Source: Candidatus Altiarchaeota archaeon (GTDB taxonomy: Archaea; Altiarchaeota; Altiarchaeia; IMC4; SCGC-AAA252-I15). Taken from it: DNA of 64,000 nucleotides. The notes beneath the pieces are model-generated. The model worked only from the letters and a program-made list of their open reading frames with translations, made no database searches and was not told the DNA's origin. Below, piece by piece: positions 47,277 to 53,267 of the stretch; positions within the stretch are counted from its first letter, which is position 1, and each line of letters opens with the position of its first letter. The stretch lies in the NCBI GenBank assembly GCA_043813075.1, contig JBDRLL010000020.1, positions 25,822 through 89,821 of the forward strand. The letters run 5' to 3'. Position numbers and translations under genes: made by a program.

Positions 47277-47690
47277 CTATTTGAGGCGCCTCATCGGCCT
47301 CCATCCGCCGCACGCGTCGCACTTGATTATCTTATGGCCTTCCAACTCTGTTATGGTGGTGTCCGGCCTCTCGCACTCGTGGCATAGGACGTACTCCTTC
47401 CCGTACTCCTCTATCTTCTTGTCTATGATATGCTTCTTAAGCACCCTCTGGATTACGACCCTGTTGCCGTCATTGATGCCTGGGGCCGCCAGCTCCTTCA
47501 GCAGGAACTTGAACAGGTGGTCGGGCTTCCTGTTGAGTATGTCAGCTATCTCGTTGAAGTTCTTTATTATCGTCGTGTTGCCTTCAACAAAAGTGACTGC
47601 CTTCGGCATCTCGAACCTCTCGTGCTTCCTGAGCTTGTCCGGGAGATTCGCCCACGCCCTCTCCAGCAGCTTCTCGTAGTCGTAATCCAT
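47277..47690 (-). CDS. eif2b: Translation initiation factor 2 subunit beta
   Basis: YEKLLERA, ERFEMP, NF.EI...LNR, YVLCHECERPDT, CDACG. Confidence 0.96.
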   Translation of the reverse strand: MDYDYEKLLERAWANLPDKLRKHERFEMPKAVTFVEGNTTIIKNFNEIADILNRKPDHLFKFLLKELAAPGINDGNRVVIQRVLKKHIIDKKIEEYGKEYVLCHECERPDTTITELEGHKIIKCDACGGWRPMRRLK

Positions 47691-47699
47691 CGTATGTCC

Positions 47700-48149
47700 T
47701 TATGGTGTGAGGAATTTCCTGTTCACGTCCATTATGAGTGTGTCACAGTCCTGCTTTATCTTCTCGAGTGTCGCGACAATCCTCTGCCTCTCCTGCTCGA
47801 CCTCATCTATCATCTCATAGGGTTCTATCGCAGTCTTGAAGTCGTCGATCTCGACCATAGTGTACTCGCTCTGATTCATCTTCTGGGAGATCTTCCTGCA
47901 CAATACCTCAAGCCACAGGTTCATGCCCTCCTTCACACGCCTCCGTATCATCTTGTCTTCATCCATCTCAGCCTTTATGATGCGGACTATGGGCGCCATG
48001 GGGAATGCGAACTTGGATTCGTCCTCTTCAGTGAATTCATCAGATTCTGATTCTACGGGAGCATCCTCAACCGCATCTACAGGTTCATCCTGAACCTCCT
48101 CTAAGGGTTCTTCACTCTTTTCTTCCGTCTTATTCTTCTTCTTCGCCAT
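47700..48149 (-). CDS. Histone-fold protein with an acidic N-terminal extension
   Basis: FPMAPIVRIIK...VKEGMNLWLE...TMVEIDDFKTA fits the histone fold; C-terminal coiled coil. Confidence 0.7.
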   Translation of the reverse strand: MAKKKNKTEEKSEEPLEEVQDEPVDAVEDAPVESESDEFTEEDESKFAFPMAPIVRIIKAEMDEDKMIRRRVKEGMNLWLEVLCRKISQKMNQSEYTMVEIDDFKTAIEPYEMIDEVEQERQRIVATLEKIKQDCDTLIMDVNRKFLTP

Positions 48150-48190
48150 TTTAAACTAACCTCTCATACAATACAAAAATAACTTTTAAT

Positions 48191-48346
48191 ATATAAGATA
48201 TTCTTATATTTTACAAACAATTTTTGCCCTACCCAACCACACGGAAAACACGTATTTCCGGCAGAAAAGGGCCTTAAATTATTAAAATACGCGAATAAAA
48301 ATGCCTGAAAACACGGGAAAACCTTATTAACGATAAACGCGAATAC
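48191..48346. promoter_or_regulatory. Divergent promoter region with palindromes and tandem TATA-like units
   Basis: ATATAAGA-TAT-TCTTATAT (48191-209); CGGAAA-N7-TTTCCG (48242-60); two CCTTA..TTAA..ACGCGAATA units. Confidence 0.5.
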
Positions 48347-48430
48347 ATTACTCCAAACATCATACTCACGCCACAGTGCGGCTAAGCGGAGCGCACACCG
48401 CACCCGCATGTGCACTGGGCGTTGTAGTGC

Positions 48431-48589
48431 GCAGGGGTTGCCTAGCCCGGTCCGGCAGTCGGCTGCAGCGAACCTTTTTTCTTTCTTTGGGAAAGAAAGA
48501 AAAAACGTTCACGAAAAAAGAAAGAAAAACGTGAAAAACACTTGGTTCGCGGTCACCGACGTACGGGAGTTCAAATCTCTCCCCCTGCT
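48431..48589 (+). tRNA. tRNA-Cys(GCA) with an 86-nt intron at 37/38 (48469-48554)
   Basis: Acceptor GCAGGGG/CCCCTGC plus U73; D-stem GCC/GGC; anticodon stem GTCGG/CCGAC with CT-GCA-G|intron|A; T-arm GGGAG-TTCAAAT-CTCTC; BHB motif (CTGC/GCGG helix, 3-nt bulges AGC and TCA, outer helix GAACC/GGTTC). Confidence 0.92.
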
Positions 48590-48641
48590 ACAACCTTTTC
48601 TTTCTTTCAGAAGAAAGAAAACGTTGACGAAAAGAAAGAAA
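48471..48641. repeat. Two copies of a pyrimidine/purine palindromic element (in the tRNA intron and just 3' of the tRNA)
   Basis: AACCTTTTTTCTTTCTTT-GGG-AAAGAAAGAAAAAACGTT-CACG-AAAAAAGAAAGAAA (from 48471) and AACCTTTTCTTTCTT-TCAG-AAGAAAGAAAACGTT-GACG-AAAAGAAAGAAA (48592-641). Confidence 0.85.
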
Positions 48642-48645
48642 CGAT

Positions 48646-48708
48646 GTGGGGGAGGTATCGGAACCGTGGGTTCTGATGTGTCAGATCTCTCCTCCACCAA
48701 CCTTTTTT
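48646..48708 (+). terminator. Nested stem-loop followed by a T-tract
   Basis: GTGGGGGAGG/TCTCCTCCAC outer stem, ATCGGAACC-GTG-GGTTCTGAT inner stem, then AACCTTTTTT. Confidence 0.5.
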
Positions 48709-49996
48709 AGTTGTTTTTCTTGCAGCAGCAGAATCGATCTAATCCTCCATCGGTTTTCGGGCAGATTGCATTGCATTCACGCACATACTTGGAATCGTAC
48801 ATCCCGCATATGTAATGCATGTCAGCGCAGAAACCGGTGTCGTATCCGTTGGAAGTGCAGTATCCTGCAGGTGAGTAATCGAATGAAACCTCCTTCTTAA
48901 GGAGTGTTGTGGTTGTCTGTATCTTGGTTGTTGTTTCATCATTGTATCTAATCGTGAAGTAGTCTGAAAAATCCTTGTAATTGTCGTCCTCGACATTGTA
49001 ATCATAAATGCCCGGTCCCTCTGGAGTGAAAGAAACCTCTCCATTCTTATCAGTATATCCTACATAAACCTTTCTACCATCCTTATACACAGTGACCTTC
49101 GCCCCGTAGACTATCGCTCCCGTACCCCATTTCCGGCTAATCTTGATATTATAATCTCCTCCAGACGTTTTCCTGATGCCATGCATTACATGGACTTTAT
49201 TCTGGAATGACCCGCCGCCAATACCCCTAGTCTGCTGGACCGTCGTAGAAGTAGACGACGTAGTAGACGTGGTTGTGGTAGAGGTACTGGGGGTTATTGT
49301 GGTAGATGTGGTTGTGCTTGTTGTGGTTGTTGAAGTAGTGCTCGTTGTCGTTGTTGTGCTCGTGGTTGTTGTGCTTGTTGTGGTTGTTGAAGTAGTGCTC
49401 GTTGTCGTCGTAGTCTCTATTGTAACTGACGCGTCATCAAAGCATGTTCCATAAAAACCACCCCAATAGCCTGCATCTTCACCCCCAAATTCAAAGTAGG
49501 CGTAACGAACCCCGGTACCGTAGCCGCTAAAGGTATGATTTTTTTCAAGCCAAGTCATGGTTTCCTCGACACCCAAAGGCGATCCCTGGGTGCCGAGATT
49601 ATACGTCGCGATAGGGTTATTAGGATCATTGTCAGACCCAAGCAGGCTGTATCTCACATAGTATAGCCCCTCCATATCAAATCGTTCCGCCAGCCAGATA
49701 CTGAATGTAATGTCTGGCTGAGCATCTAACTCTTCCTCAGTATATCCTGCAGCCACCAGATTAACCGTTTGCTTGGATGTGGCCATCGAATAAGACGTCA
49801 TGAAGGAGTAACTCCCACTTCGTATTAAAGAAGCCCAGTCGAAATCCCAGCTCCCCGTCTGCGTCCACCCGGTCGCATCGTTTGTCTCAGCTCCAGGATT
49901 AGTTAATAAATTAGCCGACACGATAAGACACGTTGAGACTATGCTAAGGCCTATGAGAAGATAGAATATCCCTCGAACCACCAACCTCTTCCCCAT
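48707..49996 (-). CDS. Secreted protein: FBA (F-box-associated) lectin-like domain, Thr-rich linker, beta-sandwich, 8-Cys C-terminal domain
   Basis: NLLTNPGAE...FMTSY...KQTVNL..GY.EEELD.QP...W...HTFSGYGTGVRY..FE.GG.D..YWGGFYG matches the Fbs1/FBXO2 sugar-binding domain pattern. Confidence 0.8.
   Translation of the reverse strand: MGKRLVVRGIFYLLIGLSIVSTCLIVSANLLTNPGAETNDATGWTQTGSWDFDWASLIRSGSYSFMTSYSMATSKQTVNLVAAGYTEEELDAQPDITFSIWLAERFDMEGLYYVRYSLLGSDNDPNNPIATYNLGTQGSPLGVEETMTWLEKNHTFSGYGTGVRYAYFEFGGEDAGYWGGFYGTCFDDASVTIETTTTTSTTSTTTTSTTTTSTTTTTSTTSTTTTSTTTSTTITPSTSTTTTSTTSSTSTTVQQTRGIGGGSFQNKVHVMHGIRKTSGGDYNIKISRKWGTGAIVYGAKVTVYKDGRKVYVGYTDKNGEVSFTPEGPGIYDYNVEDDNYKDFSDYFTIRYNDETTTKIQTTTTLLKKEVSFDYSPAGYCTSNGYDTGFCADMHYICGMYDSKYVRECNAICPKTDGGLDRFCCCKKNN
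49240..49417 (-). repeat. Thr/Ser-rich low-complexity coding repeat
   Basis: GTGGTTGTTGAAGTAGTGCTCGTTGTCGT occurs twice; encodes the TTTTSTT linker. Confidence 0.8.
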
Positions 49997-50027
49997 ATCC
50001 AATTATGTGAGATAATAAATATTAATC

Positions 50028-50204
50028 CTAATTGCATGAGGGCAAGGCATTTAGTATGAGGTTTTCCTCCTCCACCACACCCTCAGTGTTATTTAATCGC
50101 GCGTACATGTCTTTCACCCTTTCAGCATGTTCCACTGCAGTAGGATATTCCTTCATTGTGTACGATTTTAACGCCTCATCATACTCCCTTACTGCATCAT
50201 CCAC
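50028..50204 (-). pseudogene. Probable gene fragment (one TPR-like helical hairpin)
   Basis: VDDAVREYDEALKSYTMKEYPTAVEHAERVKDMYARLNN resembles the helical repeats of the 25705-27942 protein; no signal peptide or clear start context. Confidence 0.4.
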
Positions 50205-50333
50205 GGTAAATCCTACGGCAGGGCATTAACGCCTGTCATCAACGTGGTTTGAATGGTCATGCTTGGCATAGTTGTAGTAGAATTAAATTCTTCTCTATTC
50301 CAATACAATGAACACACCCCTCATTCTTATCAT

Positions 50334-50819
50334 TCACGGGTTCAGCGTCATTATGCTGTAGTTCAGTATCGTGGCGAAACTGACCCACAGGAGGTATGGT
50401 GTGAGGAGCAGTGATGCGGTCCTAGAAGTCTTCTTGAAGAGGATTATCGTCGCCAGTATGACTGCCCATAAGACCATTATCTCCGCGAGCGCTAGCGAGA
50501 TATCCCGCCAGCCGAAGAATATGATGGACCATAGGGAGTTCAACACCAGCTGAATCGCGAAGAGTATTAAACCCAACCTGTTCTCCCCGAAGCCATTGTT
50601 CTTCTTCCAGAATATGTAGAGCGACACTCCCATCATGACGTAGAGCATCGTCCAGACAGGTCCGAAAACCCAGTTCGGAGGGTTGAATGAAGGCTTCTCC
50701 AGGCCAGCATACCATGTTGGGATGGACTGCGTCGTGTAGTATGACCCGATGAAGCCTGCAGTAAGGCATAGTAGGACGCTCGCCACCAGCCTGAACGCAT
50801 CCAACTCCGTCTTGTTCAT
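50334..50819 (-). CDS. tspO: TspO/MBR family tryptophan-rich sensory protein
   Basis: WYAGLEKPSFNPPNWVFGPVWT.LY, LNSLWS..FF, PYLLWVSFA..LN. Confidence 0.95.
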   Translation of the reverse strand: MNKTELDAFRLVASVLLCLTAGFIGSYYTTQSIPTWYAGLEKPSFNPPNWVFGPVWTMLYVMMGVSLYIFWKKNNGFGENRLGLILFAIQLVLNSLWSIIFFGWRDISLALAEIMVLWAVILATIILFKKTSRTASLLLTPYLLWVSFATILNYSIMTLNP

Positions 50820-50897
50820 CAGTACCCTATTCGATTAGGCAAAGATAAAAACCATGCGCTCCCTCTTATACCCTACTATTCTTATTCTATTAGCGAG

Positions 50898-51776
50898 ATG
50901 AATGGGAACGCCATTTACCTGCCGCTGGCTCTTATCTCACTCATACTGCTCTCATCATCAGTGTCCTCCGACCAGGTCGACCCTGACTCTCCATTCGGCA
51001 AGTGCATGTCAGAGCACTGCTGGCCGGCGCAGAAGGCGTGTGCCGACAGCCTATGCAGTAAGCTTGTGTCAGGGTGTGCTGCCCCCTGCAATGACATGTA
51101 TACTACCGTTAATTCGCCGTGTGTTGCGATGTGCAGGGAAATCCAGGGTATGGAGAACATAGACTCCGGGCTTTACTGGAAGTCAACAGACTGTGCGACA
51201 GACTATGCGGGGAGCGTGGTCATGCGACTAAACTCCTGCATTACCTCGCACTCAAAAGAAAATGCATTCAGCATGAAAGACTGCGGCAGCGACGTCATCT
51301 CTAATAAGGCGCTGCGGGATAAATTCGATAAATGCCTGAAGGAATGGGGGGAGGACGCTACAAAGGACGTCAAGCCAGAGGAGGCCCATGCAGTGGTCTT
51401 CGGCAGGGTTCGGGGCGAAGCGTACATCCAGAAGAACGGGTCCGGGGATTGGGTGAAGGTCACGAGACACACGAAATTTGTCGCCGGAGACCGCCTGAAA
51501 ACAGGCTCCGGGCACAAGCTGTGGCTGAGGATACTGCGTAACCCCCAGGACATTGAGGCAGTCATCGGCCAGCAGTATCTCGGTGAGAACTCGGAAATCG
51601 AGTTCACTGAAACTGGTGTGACGGTACTTAAAGGCGAATATCGTACCAACTACTGGTATATGCCCGAATCCTATCTGAGGAAGACGCCCCAGATCGTGGA
51701 GATGGAGTTCAGGATGAAGAATGGTGGGATACAATACGAGGTCAAGCCAATAATGGTGGGGGGCGTTAGGGGATGA
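50898..51776 (+). CDS. Secreted protein: 12-Cys domain plus the N-terminal half of a FecR-like domain ending in GVRG
   Basis: Signal peptide; Cys-rich aa 36-146; VRGEAYIQ...W...GDRLKTG...LGENSEIEF...GVRG-stop. Confidence 0.7.
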   Translation: MNGNAIYLPLALISLILLSSSVSSDQVDPDSPFGKCMSEHCWPAQKACADSLCSKLVSGCAAPCNDMYTTVNSPCVAMCREIQGMENIDSGLYWKSTDCATDYAGSVVMRLNSCITSHSKENAFSMKDCGSDVISNKALRDKFDKCLKEWGEDATKDVKPEEAHAVVFGRVRGEAYIQKNGSGDWVKVTRHTKFVAGDRLKTGSGHKLWLRILRNPQDIEAVIGQQYLGENSEIEFTETGVTVLKGEYRTNYWYMPESYLRKTPQIVEMEFRMKNGGIQYEVKPIMVGGVRG

Positions 51777-52141
51777 ATTCTATCTGGAAGACCGCCGGAA
51801 TATTGATCATACTCTTGTCGGCATCAGAGACTGTTCTTTCCCAAGAAAAATTACAGGCCACCCACAGTATTGTCGTCAAAGTTGATGATAGTCAGTCCAC
51901 GATATACGTCCTCAAAGGATCATACGAAGTCACTTCCGGTGGAAAACAGGTAGATGTCCTGTATGAGGGTGATAAGTGGACTTCATACGCTGTTGGGAGG
52001 CCTCCAGTCAAGACTAGGATGGCTCCAGAAGAGGCGAGTGTTGTTTCAGAAGGCTTCAATGATGAATCTAAATCTTCCTGCTGTTGCATTCCCGCCATAC
52101 CCCTGATTTTATCCCTTCTCGTCGCGGTGATAGCCCGGTAG
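51773..52141 (+). CDS. Secreted protein: C-terminal half of a FecR-like domain plus a CCC-hydrophobic C-terminal anchor
   Basis: Own signal peptide, then THSIVVKV..STIYVLKGSYEV...VLYEG; tail SSCCCIPAIPLILSLLVAVIAR; ATGA-coupled to the upstream gene. Confidence 0.65.
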   Translation: MNSIWKTAGILIILLSASETVLSQEKLQATHSIVVKVDDSQSTIYVLKGSYEVTSGGKQVDVLYEGDKWTSYAVGRPPVKTRMAPEEASVVSEGFNDESKSSCCCIPAIPLILSLLVAVIAR

Positions 52142-52193
52142 CTTATGCCAGCACACGTTTTATACTACCCCCAACATTATTATAGGATACTCT

Positions 52194-53267
52194 ATGAAGG
52201 CTTTTCTCGCGTTGGAGGACGGGACGCTCATGGAGGGCAGGGCGTTCGGTTCAGACAGGCTTGCTGAAGGAGAACTGGTGTTCAACACTTCGATGACCGG
52301 TTATGTCGAGGCTCTGACAGACCCGAGTTACGCTGGACAGATACTCATGATGACGTACCCCCTGGTTGGTAATTACGGCGTCTGCCGCGACGACTTTGAG
52401 AGCGACGGCGTGAAGGCTGAGGGTTTCGTTGTCAGGGAACTCTGTGATAAGCCGAGCAACTGGCGGAGCCATATGAGCCTGGACGAGCTGCTCAAGGAAT
52501 ATGATATTGCCGGGATACAGGGCATTGACACCCGCGCTTTGACGAGGAAGACAAGGGACCAGGGTGCGTTGAAGGCGGTCATAGGCGTGGGCGACCCAGA
52601 CCCGGGGGAACTCATATCAAAAGCAGTCAGCCAGACTCCAATAACAGAAGTCGACGTAGTCGACATGGTCTGCGTCAGAAAGCCGGAGAAGATCGGGACC
52701 TCAGGGAAATACGATGTCGTCCTCATAGACTGCGGCTTGAAAAAGAGCATAGCACGCCATCTAACAGACTCCGGCGTGAACGTCACACTAGTCCCATACG
52801 ATTACCCTGCCGAAAAGATACTGGCAATGGAGCCGGACGGCGTGTTCGTGTCCAACGGGCCCGGAGACCCTGTCAGAGTCAAGCCAACGATAGAAACCAT
52901 CAAGTCTCTCGCCGGGAGACTGCCGATAGCGGGCATATGCCTCGGCCATCAGCTGATGGCGCTCGCGATGGGTGCAGACACGTTCAAGCTCAAGTTCGGG
53001 CATCGTGGCTCCAACCAGCCGGTCAAGGACTTCGAGACTGGGAGGGTGTTCATATCCTCCCAGAACCACGGGTTCGCTGTCGACGAGGATTCCATGCCAG
53101 ATGGGCTGGAGGTAACGCAAGTCAACCTTAACGACCATACTGTTGAAGGTATGCGGCACGCAGACATGCCTTACATTAGCGTCCAGTATCATCCCGAGGC
53201 TTCACCAGGGCCGCACGACACGTTCTTCTTCTTCGACAGCATCATCAGGATGATGGGGGGTCAGTGA
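52194..53267 (+). CDS. carA: Carbamoyl-phosphate synthase small subunit
   Basis: GELVFNTSMTGY, LTDPSY, SNGPGDP, GICLGHQ, SQNHGF, QYHPEASPGP. Confidence 0.98.
   Translation: MKAFLALEDGTLMEGRAFGSDRLAEGELVFNTSMTGYVEALTDPSYAGQILMMTYPLVGNYGVCRDDFESDGVKAEGFVVRELCDKPSNWRSHMSLDELLKEYDIAGIQGIDTRALTRKTRDQGALKAVIGVGDPDPGELISKAVSQTPITEVDVVDMVCVRKPEKIGTSGKYDVVLIDCGLKKSIARHLTDSGVNVTLVPYDYPAEKILAMEPDGVFVSNGPGDPVRVKPTIETIKSLAGRLPIAGICLGHQLMALAMGADTFKLKFGHRGSNQPVKDFETGRVFISSQNHGFAVDEDSMPDGLEVTQVNLNDHTVEGMRHADMPYISVQYHPEASPGPHDTFFFFDSIIRMMGGQ

Noticed and set aside
48150-48360. Replication origin in the AT-rich intergenic region
   Set aside because: Only one weak ORB-like string (TTCCGGCAGAAAAGGG), no repeated ORBs and no adjacent cdc6/orc1; promoters explain the AT richness.
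48471-48708. Repeats near the tRNA as a CRISPR array
   Set aside because: Only two full copies of unequal length, the intervening sequence is the tRNA 3' exon, and there are no cas genes.
48164-48900. Track ORFs 48164-48415, 48408-48710, 48509-48700 and 48646-48900
   Set aside because: They overlap the promoter region, tRNA-Cys and low-complexity repeats, and their compositions are not protein-like.
49240-49417. Thr-codon repeats as a non-coding tandem repeat or contingency locus
   Set aside because: They are in frame and encode a typical Thr/Ser linker, as also seen at about 59930-60030.
51750-51800. Ubiquitin/SAMP-like C-terminus, stop readthrough or a sequencing frameshift at GGVRG-TGA
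   Set aside because: The protein ends in RG rather than GG and is secreted; the next ORF is in another frame and has its own complete signal peptide, which a simple frameshift would not create.
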